Of a DNA stretch of 64,000 nt, positions 30,401 to 45,400 are shown piece after piece. A program made the position numbers and the translations under genes. The notes under the pieces were generated by a model. It had not been told where the DNA came from and did not search any database. It worked only from the letters and a program-made list of their open reading frames with translations. Position 1 is the stretch's first letter; every line of letters begins with the position of its first letter. Location: NCBI GenBank assembly GCA_964385615.1, contig CAYLPP010000008.1:31150-95149 (forward strand). Direction: 5' to 3'. The DNA is from an uncultured bacterium. Lineage in GTDB: Bacteria; Omnitrophota; Omnitrophia; Omnitrophales; Aquincolibacteriaceae.

Positions 30401-33400
30401 CGAGTGATTCCGAGGCTTTCGATGATTCGGATGCCAACTTCAAGATTCGCGGTGTGGTGCAGGTCACGTCTCCTAACGGCGGTGAATCCTGGAATATTGC
30501 CAGCGCGCACGCCGTAACCTGGAACATCACGGGTTCAATTGCGAATGTTAAGCTGGAATATTCCACCAACGGCTTCGCGGATGAAGGTTCGACCGCGACG
30601 ATTATCGCTTCGACTCCGGCCGATCCCGCTCCTGTTGACGGTACCGGCACTTATTCCTGGACGATTCCGGATACGCCTTCCAGCAGTGTGAAGGTCCGCG
30701 TTTCGGATGCTTCCGATTCCACGGCGTCTGATACTTCCAACGCGACTTTTTACATTCGCGGTTCTCTGGCCCTGAATGCTCCCAATGGTGGTGAGGCTTG
30801 GGTGGTGGGCGCGACCCAGAATATTCAATGGACCCGTACGGGTTCTATCGCCAACGTGAAACTGGAATACTCTAACGACAGCGGGTCGACCTGGCCCGCC
30901 GGTAAAGTCATTGTCGCTTCAACTCCGGCCGACCCCGCGCCGGCCGACAACATTGGTCTTTATTCTTGGACGATTCCCGATGACATCGGCACTTTGCTTC
31001 GCGTGCGTGTTTCTGACGCGGCGGACGCGGCCGTGGAAGATACTTCCAATGCCGATTTCACCATCCGCGGCGCGGTGACCGTAACGTCGCCTAACGGCGG
31101 TGAAACCTGGATCGTCGGCGACAGCCAGAACATTACCTGGACTTCTTCCGGTTCTTTCTTGAACGTCAAAATTGAATATTCAACGAATGCTTTTGCGAAC
31201 GAAACTCAGACCTCAACCATTTCCGGTTCGACGCCCAATGATGGTACGTATTCCTGGGCTATTCCGGACGCGATCGGCACGGCTCTTAAAGTCCGTATTT
31301 CCGACGCGTCGGATGCCAATGTCGTGGACGTCTCCAACGCGGCTTTTGAAATCAAGGGTTCCTTGACGATTACATCTCCTAACGGCAGTGAAGTCTGGAA
31401 AGTGGGAGAAAACCGCAGCATCACCTGGAACCGCACGGGTTCGATTACTACCGCGAAACTGGAATATTCCACGAACGGTGGTTCCAGCTATCCGAACACG
31501 ATCATTGCTTCCACGGACGCGACCACGGGTTCCTATGCATGGACGGTTCCTGACGCGATCAGCTCGGCTCTCAAGGCGCAGATTACTAACACGGATGACA
31601 CCAGCGTGAAAGACGCTTCGGATGCCAACTTCGAAATCAAAGGCACGCTGACTCTGACTTCGCCCAACGGCGGTGAGTCCTGGAAAGTGAACAGCCAGCA
31701 TAACATTACCTGGACCAAGACCGGTACTCAGGCGACCGTAAAACTGGAATATTCCACGGATGGTTTCGCGGATGAACTGCAGAATGTGACGATTGCCACG
31801 GGCGTTGACGCTGTGACCGGTACGCCCTATGTCTGGACGATTCCGGATGCCATCGGCAGCGCGATCAAGGTTCGCGTGACTAACGAAGCGGATTCCGCGG
31901 TCAAGGATGCTTCTGACACCAATTTCAAAATCACAGGTTCTCTGACGCTGGATTCGCCGAATGGCAGTGAGAACTGGGCTGTGGCTTCCGTTCAGACGGT
32001 TGCGTGGACGGTCGTCGGTTCAATCGCCAACGTTAAACTTGAATATTCAACCAACAGCGGTTCGACTTATCCGAACGTGATTACCTCTTCTACCGCGGCT
32101 GGCGCCGGTGCTTATTCCTGGACCCTGCCGGACTCGATTGGTTCGACCCGCCGCGTGAAAGTAACCGACGCGACAGATTCGACCGTCAGCGATACTTCAG
32201 ATGCGGATTTCTCGATCATCGGCGGATTCCAGATGACCAGCCCCAACGGGGGGGAAGTCTGGACCGTGGCTTCCGGTCATTCCGTGACCTGGAATACGGA
32301 CGGTACGGTTGCCAACGTGAAACTGGAATATTCCACCAATGGTTTTTCGGATGAGCTGGCGACTACGCAGATTGTGGCCAGCACCACTAACAGCGGAACT
32401 TATTCCTGGACGATTCCGGACGCGATTTCTTCCACGGTTAAGATCCGCGTCAGTGACGCCTCCAACTCCGTTGCTTACGATCTTTCCAACGGTAACTTCA
32501 AGATCCGCGGCGCCCTGCTGGTCAATGCTCCGAACGGCGGTGAAGCCTGGTTCATCGGGAATTCCCAGAACATTCAGTGGACCCGCACGGGCTCAATTGC
32601 CAATGTGAAGCTGGAATATTCTTCTAACGGTTTCGCGGATGAAAACCAGACGGACGTCATTATTGCTTCCACGCCCGCGGATCCGGCTCCCGCGGATAAT
32701 ATCGGCATTTATTCCTGGACGATTCCGGACACTCCGGGTACGGCGAATAAAGTGCGTGTGACGGACGCTTCCGATGCCACAGTGCTCGATACCTCCAACG
32801 CTAACTTCTCCATTAAAGGTCAGTTGGTCATGACTTCCCCGAATGGCGGAGAAGTCTGGACGGTCGGCGCGGTCAACAATGTGACCTGGAGCAAATTCGG
32901 CGCGATCGTTAACGTTTCTCTTCAATATTCCACGGACAGCGGCGGCACTTGGCCGGGCGCGAACGTGATTACGGCCTCAACCGCGGCGGATCCGGCTCCC
33001 ACCGATAATATCGGTGTTTATTCCTGGACGATTCCCGACGAGATCGGCACTCAGGTTCGGGTGCGTGTGGTGGATACGGCTGACAGCTCAACTTATGACG
33101 ATTCAAACGCGGATTTCAAAATCCGCGGTTCTGTGACGATTACCGCTCCTAACGGCGGTGAAAACTGGATTGTGGGTACGAACCAGAATATCACCTGGAA
33201 CAGCACCGGTTCTTTCTCAAACGTAAAACTGGAATATTCCACCAACGGCTTTTCGGATGAAAATCAGGTTGTCTCGATCACGACTTCAACGCCGAATAAC
33301 GGCAGTTATTCCTGGGCGATTCCGGATGCGATCGGCACGACTTTGAAAGTGCGCGCCAGCGATGTGTCTGACTCGACTGTGGTGGATACCTCCAATGCGA

Positions 33401-36400
33401 ACTTTACAATTAAAGGCGCTCTGGCAATTACATCGCCCAACGGCAGTGAAGTCTGGAAAGTGGGTGAAAGCCGTAATATTACCTGGAACCGCAGCGGTTC
33501 CATCACGAACGTAAAACTGGAATACTCGACTAACGGCGGTTCGACGTTCCCGAACACAATTATTGCCTCAACCGGAGCTGCTTCCGGCACCTACTCCTGG
33601 ACGGTTCCGGACTCTATCGGTACTCAGCTCAGGATCAAGGCTACTGACGTTTCCGACTCAACGGTTTCTGACGCTTCTGACGCTAACTTTGAAATCAAGG
33701 GCACAGTGACTGTGACCTCGCCCAACGGCAGTGAAGTTTGGGTTGTCGGAACTCAGCACAATGTGACCTGGACCAAGACCGGTACTTATGCCGCGGTCAC
33801 GCTGGAATATTCCACCAATGGTTTCACGGATGAACTTCAGAACAATACGATCGCGACCGGCGTTGACGCTGTGACTGGAACGCCGTACGCCTGGACCATT
33901 CCTGACGTGATCGGCACGACACTGAAAGTTCGCGTGACGAATGAAGCGGACGCCGCGGTCAAGGATGCTTCCGACCTTAACTTTAAAGTGACCGGCGCCT
34001 TTGTCCTGACGGCCCCTAACGGCGGTGAAAACTGGGCGGTCGGTCTCAACAAGACCGTGACCTGGACCCGCACGGGTTCAATCGCCAATGCCAAGCTGGA
34101 ATATTCCACCAACAGTGGTTCGACGTTCCCGAACGTGATTTCGGCCTCCACCGGCGCGGCGGCTGAAGCTTATATCTGGACGATTCCGGACGTGATTGGT
34201 TCAACCCGCCGGGTCAAGATTTCCGACGCTTCTGATGCTTCTGTTTACGATACTTCTGATGCCGATTTCGCCATCATGGGTTCCTTCACGGTGACGGCTC
34301 CCAACGGCGGGGAAGTCTGGACGGTCGGCAGTGCGCAGTCCGTGACTTGGACCACCGACGGTACCGTGGCCAACAACAAGCTGGAATATTCGACCAATGG
34401 TTTTTCGGATGAAAATCAGACCAGCGTTATGACGGCCAGCACGCCGAACACGGGCAGTTATTCCTGGACGGTTCCTGACGCGATTTCCACCACCGTCAAG
34501 GTCCGTGTCAGTGACGCAAGCAACGCGAATGCTTACGATATTTCAAACGGCAACTTTAAAGTCCGCGGCGCGCTGTTGTTGACTGCGCCTAACGGCGGTG
34601 AACAGTGGCTGATCGGCAACAGTGAAAATATCGCCTGGACCCGCACGGGTTCGATTGCTAACGTTAAGCTGGAATACGCCACCAACGGTTTCGCGGATGA
34701 AAGCACCACGGCTACGATTATCGCGTCAACTCCGGCGGATCCGGCTCCGGCTGACAATGCCGGCACTTATTCCTGGGCTATTCCTGACACGCCCGGCACC
34801 AGCAACAAAGTGCGCGTGACGGATGCTTCCGATTCAACGGTGCTGGACACCTCAAACGCCGTTTTCTCGATTAAAGGTCAGCTGGTCATGCAGATACCCA
34901 ACGGCAGTGAAGTCTGGGTGGTGGGCGGCGTCAACAACGTTCAGTGGTCGAAGTTCGGCAGTATCTCCAACGTCGCTCTCTATTTCTCGACGGACAGCGG
35001 CGGCACCTGGCCGGGCGGAAACCAGATTGTGGCTTCCACGGCGGCGGACCCGGCTCCTATTGATAACGTCGGTATTTATTCCTGGACCATTCCTGACCAG
35101 ATCGGAACCCAGCTGCGTGTGCGTGTGCAGGACGCGGACGATGCTTCCACTTATGATGATTCCAACAATGATTTCAAGATCCGCGGTTCTATCACCATCA
35201 CGGCCCCCAACGGCGGTGAAAACTGGATTGTCGGCGATACTCAGAACATTACCTGGAATCACACGGGTTCTTTTGCCAACGTGAAGCTGGAATATTCAAC
35301 TAACGGTTTCTCAGATGAAAGCCAGACGGTTTCGATTACGACTTCGACCCCGAATAACGGTTCTTACTCTTGGGCCATTCCTGACGCGATCGGAACCAGC
35401 GTGAAGGTTCGCGCCAGTGACGTTTCGGATTCGACGGTCGTTGATACCTCGAATGTTAACTTTACGATTAAAGGTTCTCTGGATTTGACTTCTCCGGACG
35501 GCAGTGAAGTTTGGAAAGTCGGTGAAAACCGCAACATTACCTGGAACCGCAGCGGCTCGATTGCTAACGTGAAGCTGGAATATTCGACCAACGGCGGTTC
35601 GAGCTATCCGAACACCATTATTGCTTCAACGGACGCCGCGACCGGCACTTACTCCTGGACGGTTCCTGACTCCATCGGCAGTCAGCTTCGCGTTAAGGTT
35701 TCTGACGTGTTGGACGCCACCGTGTCGGATACTTCGGCGGCCAACTTCTCGATTAAAGGCACTGTGACTGTGGGTTCTCCAAACGGCGGGGAAGTCTGGG
35801 CGGTCGGCACTCAGCACAACATTACCTGGACCAAGACCGGTACTTACGCGACAGTGGCTCTGGAATATTCCACCAATGGTTTCAGCGATGAACTTGCCAA
35901 TACGACGATCGCGACCGGTGTGGACTCTGTGACCGGCACACCTTACACCTGGACGGTTCCTGACGTGATTGGTTCCACACTGAAAGTGCGCGTGACCAAT
36001 GAAACGGATCCTTCCGTGAAAGATACTTCCGACCTGAATTTCAAGGTCGTCGGCTCTCTGACCCTGACCGCTCCGAACGGCGGTGAAAATTGGGCCGTGG
36101 GCAGCAGCAAAACGATTACCTGGACGCGTGTCGGTTCAATCGCCAATGCCAAGATTGAATATTCAACCAACAGCGGTACTACTTACCCGAACGTGATTGT
36201 GGCTTCCACGGGCGCGGCGGCTGAAGCTTACATCTGGACAATTCCGGATGCGATTGGCACAACCCGCAAGGTTAAGATTTCTGACGCTTCGGATGCTTCG
36301 GTTAATGATGTTTCCGACGCGGACTTTACGATCATGGGCGCTTTTGCCGTGACGGCTCCGAACGGCGGCGAAGTCTGGACGGTCGGCAGCGCACAGTCTG

Positions 36401-39400
36401 TGACCTGGAATACCACCGGTACCGTATCCAACGTGAAACTGGAATATTCGACCAACGCTTTCTCAGATGAACTGCAGACGGGTGTGATGATTGCCAGCAC
36501 GCCCAATACCGGCACGTACTCCTGGACGGTGGCTGACGCGATTTCAGCCCTGAACAAAGTACGCGTTAGCGATGTGAACAACGCCAATGCTTATGACCTT
36601 TCAGACGCGATCTTCAAGATCCGCGGTGCTATTATCGTGACGGCCCCGAACGGCGGCGAGCAGTGGGAAATCGGTACTTCTCAGAACATTACCTGGACCC
36701 TGACAGGTTCAATCGCCAACGTAAAACTGGAATATTCGACGAACGCTTTCTCTGACGAACTGCAGACCGCTGTGATCGTGGCTTCTACCGCGGCGGATCC
36801 TGCTCCTGTGGATGGAACCGGAACCTATGCCTGGACGATTCCTGACTCTCCGTCGACTACCACGAAAGTGCGCGTTACGGATGCTTCGGATTCCACGGTG
36901 CTGGATACCTCCAACGCCAACTTCGCTCTGAAGGGCCGCCTGGTCATGACGGCGCCTAACGGCGGCGAAATCTGGGTCGTGGCCGGTGTCAACAACATCA
37001 CATGGGACAAGTTCGGCAGTATCTCCAACGTCGCTCTTTATTATTCGACCGACAGCGGCGGTACCTGGCCCGGCGCGAACCAGATTGTGGCTTCCACTAA
37101 CGCCGATCCTGCGCCGATTGACGGTCACGGCGTTTACGCCTGGACCATTCCGGATCTTATCGGCACACAGGTCCGCGTGCGCGTGCAGGACGCGATTGAT
37201 CCTTCGACTTACGATGATTCCGACGCCGACTTCAAGATTCGCGGTTCCATCACGATCACGGCCCCGAACGGCGGTGAAACCTGGATTGTGGGTGATACTC
37301 AGAGCATTACCTGGAACCACACGGGTTCTTTTTCCAACGCGAAACTTGAATATTCTACTAACGGTTTTTCGGATGAACTGCAGACCAGCACGATCACCGG
37401 CGCGACGACTAATAACGGCAGTTACTCCTGGGGTATTCCGGATGCTATCGGTTCCTCAGTCAAGGTCCGCGGCAGTGACGCTGGAGATTCCACGGTCAAT
37501 GATGCTTCCAACGCCAACTTCACCATCAAGGGAGCTCTTCTTCTGACGTCGCCTAACGGCAGTGAAGTTTGGAAAGTGGGCGAAAGCCGTAATATTACCT
37601 GGAACCGCACAGGGTCGATTGCCAACGTCAAGCTTGAATACTCGACCAACGGCGGTTCGGCCTACACCAATACGATTATCGCGTCTACGGGCGCCGGTTC
37701 CGGTACTTACGCGTGGACGGTTCCAGACTCGATCGGCAGTCAGCTGCGCGTGCAGGTTTCCGATGTGACGGATTCCACGGTTAACGACGCTTCTGACGCG
37801 AATTTTCAAATCAAGGGTACGGTCACTCTGACTTCGCCTAACGGCGGTGAAGTTTGGGTTGTAGACAGCCATCACAACATTACGTGGACCAAGACCGGTA
37901 CTTATCCGACGGTGAAGCTTGAGTACTCCACCAACGGCTTTACGGATGAACTGCAGAACACAACGATTGCGACTGGCGTGGACTCTGTCAGTGGGACTCC
38001 TTATGACTGGACCGTTCCCGACATTATTGGTTCCGCGATTAAAGTTCGTGTGACCAATGAAACGGATACGACCGTTAATGATGCTTCCGATCTCAATTTT
38101 AAAGTCACCGGCGCGTTTACTTTAACGGCTCCTAACGGCGGTGAAGAATGGGCGGTCGGTGCTTCTCAGACCATTACCTGGAACCGCACGGGTTCGATTG
38201 CCAACGCCAAGCTGGAACTTTCCACGAATGGCGGTTCGACTTATGGAACCGTGATTCAGGCTTCGACCGGTGCCGCGGCTGAAGCTTATATCTGGACGAT
38301 TCCGGATTCTATCGGCGTGAACCGCCGTGTTCGTATTTCTGACGCTTCAGATGCCAACGTGAAAGACACGTCGGATGCCGATTTCTCGATTCTTGGATCG
38401 TTCACGGTCACCAGCCCGAACGGCGGTGAAGTCTGGACGGTGGCTTCCGCGCAGTCTATCGGCTGGAGCACGGTGGGTACGGTGGCCAACGTGAAGCTCG
38501 AATACTCCACCAACGCTTTTAATGATGAATTACAGACCGTAACGATTGCCGCTACCGCCCCGAACACGGGCAGTTACTCCTGGACGGTGTCCGACGCGAT
38601 TTCAGCTCTGGCCAAGATCCGCGTCAGCGACGTGAATAACGCCAATGCTTACGATATTTCCAACGCCGTTTTCAAGATCCGCGGTGCCTTAACAGTTAAT
38701 GCTCCGAACGGCGGCGAAGCCTGGCTGATCGGTAATTCTCAAAATATTCAGTGGACCCGCACGGGTTCGATTGCCAACGTGAAACTGGAATACTCTTCCA
38801 ATGGTTTTTCCGATGAGTTGCAAACGGATGTGATTGTGGCGTCTACAGCCGCGGACCCGGCTCCTGCCGATAACATTGGTCTTTATTCCTGGACCATTCC
38901 GGACAATCCGGGTACGGCCAATAAGGTCCGCGTCACTGACGCTTCTGACGCGACAGTTCTGGATACCTCTAACGCCAATTTCTCCATCAAAGGTCAGGTG
39001 GTATTGACCATCCCGAACGGCGGGGAAGTTTGGACGGTTGGCGGGGTCAATAATATTACCTGGAATAAATTCGGCGCGATCTCGAACGTTAAATTGCAGT
39101 ATTCAACGGATAGCGGTGATACGTGGCCCGATCCGGCCAACGTGATTACGGTTTCCACGGCGGCTGACCCTGCGCCTACCGATAATATCGGCGTTTTCTC
39201 CTGGACGATTCCCGATGCGATCGGAACTCATCTGCGTGTGCGTGTGCAGGATACGGCTGACAGCTCGACTTACGACGATTCTAACGCGGACTTCAAAGTG
39301 CGCGGCCGTATTACGATCACGGCTCCCAACGGCGGTGAAGCCTGGGTCGTGGGTACCAGCCAGAACATTACCTGGACGCACGCCGGTTCTTTCCCGAACG

Positions 39401-42400
39401 CCAAGCTGGAATATTCCACGAACGCGTTCGCAGATGAAAGTCAAACGTTCTCCATCACGGCGGCCACCCCGAACACGGATTCTTACGCTTGGTCGATTCC
39501 GGATGCTATCGGCAGCGCGGTGCGCGTGCGCGGCAGTGACGCCGCGGACTCCACTGTGAATGATACTTCCGACAACAATTTCACGATCAAAGGTTCTTTG
39601 ACTCTGACTTCTCCTAACGGCAGTGAAATCTGGAAGGTCGGTGAAAGCCGTGCGGTTACGTGGAATAAAGCGGGCAGTATCGCCAACGTTAAACTGCTTT
39701 ATTCAAACAACGGCGGTTCGACCTACGGCTTTACGATTACAAATTCGACGGATGCCAACACGGGTTCCTACACCTGGACCGTGCCTGACACCATCAGCGC
39801 GCAGATCCGAGTTGAGGTTTCTGACGTCACGGATGCTACCGTGAAAGATTCTTCCGATGCCAATTTTGAAATTAAGGGCACGGTTCTTTTGGTTACTCCC
39901 AACGGCGGGGAACAGTGGGCGGTCAATACCGCACACAATATTACCTGGACCAAGACCGGTACTTACTCTTCAGTAAAACTGGAATATTCCACGAATGCTT
40001 TTGCTGACGAACTTCAAACGACGACGATCGCGACCGGCGTGGATTCCGTGACCGGGACGCCTTACAGCTGGACGATTCCGGACACGATTAGCTCCAGTAT
40101 CAAGGTCCGCATTACCAATGAATCCGACTCGGCTGTGACTGACAAGTCGGACAATACATTCAAGATTGTGGGTTCACTGACTTTGACGGCTCCCAACGGC
40201 GGAGAAAGCTGGAATGTCGGAACTTCTCAGACCGTTTCCTGGGACCGCGTGGGTTCGATCGCCAACGTCAAATTGGAATACTCCACTACCGGCGCGGCGC
40301 CTTATCCGAATTTGATCGTTTCTTCCACGTCTGCCGGCGCGGGCGCTTATTCCTGGACGATTCCGGATTCTATCGGCACCACCCGTAAGGTTAAGGTGAC
40401 CGACGTGACGGATTCCACGGTTTATGACGAATCGGACGCTAACTTTGCCATTGTCGCGACTTTCAATATTACTCAGCCTAACGGCGGTGAAGTCTGGACG
40501 GTAGCTTCCACCCAGAACATTACCTGGACAACAACCGGTTCAGTCGCGAACGTGAAGTTGGAATACTCCGTGGATAACGGCACTGACAGTTACGGGAATG
40601 TGATCGCTAATTCGACGCCGAACAATTTGACTTACTCCTGGCAGATTCCCGACACCATCAGCACTCTGATGAAGGTGCGTGTCAGCGATGTGAATAACGC
40701 CAATGGTTTTGATACCTCCAACGCTGTTTTTAAGATTCGCGGCGCGCTGACGGTTGATGCTCCGAACGGCGGTGAAGCGTGGGGTATCGGTACGAACAAG
40801 ACGGTTCAGTGGACCCGCACGGGTTCGATTGCCAACGTCAAACTTGAATATTCCACCAACGGTTTCTCGGATGAACTGCAGACGGCTTTGATTGTTGCTT
40901 CGACGCCTGCTGATCCGGCTCCCTCCGATAATATTGGAACCTATTCCTGGGCCATTCCTGACGTTCCGTCTACGACGGTTAAGGTCCGGGTTACCGACGT
41001 CGCGGATTCAACGGTGCTGGATACCTCAAACGGTGTTTTCAGCATCAAGGGTTCTTTGACGATTACGGCTCCTAACGGCACTGAAACCGGATCGAATTCC
41101 TGGATTGTCGGCACGCCCTACAACATCACCTGGATCAAGGGCGGCGCGATTTCCAACGTTAAACTTCAGTACTCAACGGACAGCGGTGTGACTTGGCCGG
41201 ATCCCAGCAAGGTCATTACGACTTCCACCAGCGCCGGTTTCCTGAGCTATACCTGGACGATTCCGGATGATATTACCAATAAAGGCCGTGTCCGTATTCT
41301 GGATGCTAACGACAATAGCGTTAACGACGTTTCTGATGCTGATTTCTCAATCAAGGGTTCTCTGCACCTGACTTCACCGGATGGTACTGAAATCTGGACG
41401 GTGGGTGATACGCACGCAGTGACCTGGACCAAGACCGGTACGATCGCCAACGTCAAACTCGAATATTCAACCGACGGCGGATCCAATTATACCGGCACGA
41501 TCACGGCTTCAACGGCCGCGGCCGCGGGCACGTTTAACTGGACGATTCCGGATTCCATCAGCACTCAGGTCCGCGTGAAAGTTACGCAGACCAACGATTC
41601 TTTTGTGACGGACGCGTCGGATGCCAATTTGGAAATTCGCGGTTCTCTGACGGTCACTTCGCCTAACGGCGGTGAAGTCTGGCGCGTGGCCGATGCTCAG
41701 CCGATTACCTGGACCAAGACCGGTACGATCCCGACTGTTGAAATCGATTATTCCATCAACGGCGGTTCAAGCTATCCGTTTACCATCGCAACGGGCGTGG
41801 CCGGATCTTCAGGCAGTTATTCCTGGACGATTCCCAACGCGATTACCACCAATGCCCGTGTGCAGGTTGTCAATGAAAGTGACACTCAAGTGTTTGACGG
41901 GTCGGATGCCGATTTTAAAATTGCCGGTTCCATTACAGTGGTTTCGCCTAATGGCGGTGAGAAGTGGGCCATTGGAAGTTCCAAGAATATTACCTGGACG
42001 ATTACGGGTTCTATCTCAAGTGTTAAACTGGAATATTCCACCGACGGCGGCTCCACTTACCCGAACATTATTGCCGCTTCCGTGAATGCTTCAACCGGCA
42101 CGCCTTATGCCTGGACGATTCCGGATGATCCCACGACTCAAGGACGCGTGAAAGTTACGAACACGGCGGACACCACGATCTTTGACGCTTCTAACACCAA
42201 CTTCAAAATTCAAGGTTCCGTGACCGTGACTCAGCCTAACGGCGGTGAAGCCTGGAACGTAGGTGAAACCAAGAGCATTGTTTGGAGCAAGACGGGTTCC
42301 TTTGCCAATGTGAAAATCGATTACTCCGTTGACGGCGGTTCGACGTATCCGAACATTGTTTCGGCCTCCACGCCTTCGGGCAATCTGAGCTATGCCTGGA

Positions 42401-45400
42401 CGATTCCGGATGATATCTCTACGACCGCCCGCGTTAAGGTCACGGATACTAATGACAGTGAAGTGACGGATGAATCAAACGCTGATTTCACGATTCGCGG
42501 TGTCTTTACGGTTACGGCGCCTAACGGCGGTGAAACCTGGCGCGTCGGTCAGGCTCAGAATGTTACCTGGACCGTTACGGGTTCAGTGGGTAACGTGAAA
42601 ATTGAATATTCAACCAATGCTTTCGCGGATGAAAGCCAGACTAATCTGATTGTCGCGACGACTCCGGCGGGGAACTTGACCTATGCCTGGAACATTCCGG
42701 ACGCGATCAGCAATACGGTGAAGGTCCGTCTGACGGACGTGGACGGAATTTCTCTGGGTGACGTTTCTAACGGAAGTTTTTCAATCAAGGGTTTGATCAC
42801 GCTGACGTCGCCTAACGGCGGTGAATCTTACGGCGTCAACAGCGCGCAGAATATTACCTGGAACCGCACGGGTTCTTTCTCCAATGTGAAGCTGGAATAT
42901 TCCACCAACGGATTTTCGGATGAAAATGAAACCAATCTGATTACAGCCTCGACTCCGGCCGATCCCGCGCCGGTCGATAATACCGGAACTTACGCCTGGA
43001 CGGTTCCCGACGCGATTTCAATCACGGTGAAAGTCCGTGTGACTGATGCCAATGACGCGGCCACGACCGATACCTCGAATAACAATTTCACCATTCGCGG
43101 CGTGCTGACCATCACGGCGCCTAACGGCGGTGAAAAGTGGATTGTCGGTACGGCCCAGCTGATTACCTGGGACCGCCAGGGTTCAATTTCTAACGTTAAA
43201 TTGCAATACACGACTAACGGATCGATTTATACGGATATTATTCTTTCAACCCCGAATACCGGCACTTATGCCTGGACGATTCCGAACTCCGTTTCCACCA
43301 CGGTTAAGGTCCGTATTTATGACGTGAACAATAACACCGTGACGGACGATTCTGATGCCAACTTCAAGATTCAGGCCGGTTTCACGCTTTCTTCGCCTAA
43401 CGGCGGTGAAGCCTGGCTGGTCGGCAGTACGCACTCCATTGACTGGACGACTTTTGGTACCGTGCCTTTTGTCCGCCTGGATTATTCCACGGACAGCGGC
43501 GCCAATTACAGTAATCAGATTAGCACCTCGACCGGCAACAGTGGAAGCTACTCCTGGGTAGTTCCGGACAGTGTTTCTGGAACGGTTAAAGTGCGCGTCT
43601 CTGACACGAATGACGTGACGGCCAATGATGAATCTAATGCCGACCTGCGCATTCGCGCTTCGATCAGCGTGGTTACGCCTAATGGTGCTGAACAATGGCG
43701 CGTTGGACGCAGTCAGAATATTACCTGGGGTATGGTTGGTACGATTCCGAACGTGAAAATTCAGTATTCTCGGGATGGTTTCTTCGCGGATATTCAGACC
43801 GTTGCGGCTTCCGCGCCGAACACCGGCACCTATGCCTGGACCATTCCTGACAGCATTTCCAATGTGGTTAAGGTCAAGATTATCGATCCGAATGATATCG
43901 GCGCTTACGACATTTCCGATGCTAACTTCCGTATCACAGGCGATTTCGCGATTACGTCGCCCAACGGCGGTGAAAAGTGGAACGTGGATTCCGATCATGA
44001 CATTACCTGGACTCACGCGGGTACGGTCAGTGATGCCACCCTGGAATATTCCACGAACGCGGGCGGCAGCTGGAACCCGATTACCGGTTTGACGCCTAAT
44101 AACGGCGCTTACACCTGGACGATTCCGGATTCCATTACGGCCCAAGGCCGTGTTCGTATCAGTGATCCGAATGATTCGACGGCCAATGATATTTCTGACG
44201 CTAATTTCAAGATCCGGTCGTTCTTTACGCTGGGTGCTCCTAACGGAACTGAAATCTGGACGGTGGGTGATGTGCACGCGATTACCTGGACTAACACGGG
44301 TACGGTCAGCAACGTCAAGCTGTGGTACTCCACTGATAGCGGCGCGACTTTCCCGAATGTGATTATCGCTTCGACATCGAACACGGGGACCTACAACTGG
44401 ACGGTTCCGGATTCTATTTCAACGACGGTTCGTGTACGCGCGGGCAGCCCGACGGACGTGGATGCTTACGATGATTCCGATGCAGACTTGAAGATCCGCG
44501 GTAAGTTTGTGATTTCCGCGCCTAACGGCAATGAAAAATGGAAAATCGCCCAGGCTTCAAATATTCAGTGGGTTACGACCGGTACGATTGCTGATGTGAA
44601 GCTTTACTATTCGACTAATTCCGGCTCAACTTTCCCGAATGTGATCGCGGCTTCAACGCCTAACGGAGCCAGCGGCGCGACGGCTTCTTACAGCTGGACG
44701 GTTCCGGATGACGCGAGCACCATGGCGCGCATTCGCGTTGAAAATATTGCCGACACGACGGTTTATGACGATTCTGACGCTGACTTCAAGATTCAGGGTA
44801 ACTTTATTCTAACCGCGCCTAACGGCGGAGAGCAGTGGATTGTGGGCGATTTACACAATATTACCTGGAACTGGGGCGGTACGATTGCCAACGTTAAGCT
44901 GAGCTACTCTGTTGACAGCGGTTCGAACTATTCACAAGTGATCGCGGCTTCGGCTCCTAATGGTTCGGGCGGTTCCGGTTCCGCTTCCTACAGCTGGACG
45001 GTTCCGGATGATATTTATTCCACGCTCCGCGTGAAAATCGAAGATCCGAATGACGCTGAAGTTTTTGATGAATCGAACGCGGACTTCAAAATCACCGGTT
45101 CTTTCCTGATCACTTCGCCGGCCGGCGGTGAACGCTGGGTGACGAACGAAGTTCACGCGATTACCTGGAACACCACGGGTACGGTACCGACCGTGAAACT
45201 GACCTATTCGCACGACAATTTCGCGACCTCGAATCTGATCACGGCTTCGACGGCGAACGCTGATACTTATAACTGGACGATTCCTGATCCGGGCATCAAC
45301 AACATTCCGAAATCGACTCGTGTGCGCGTGGAAGATACCCGCGACGCGAATGTGAACTCAACTTCCTCAGCTTTCAACATTGACTACTACTACATCACCT

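Noticed and set aside
26332-45381. Possibility that the 264-310-nt tandem repeats are a CRISPR array or satellite
   Set aside because: Units are 10x longer than CRISPR repeat-spacer periods and are in-frame. They are conserved at the amino-acid level rather than the nucleotide level. They have no short identical direct repeats alternating with unique spacers. No cas genes are present.
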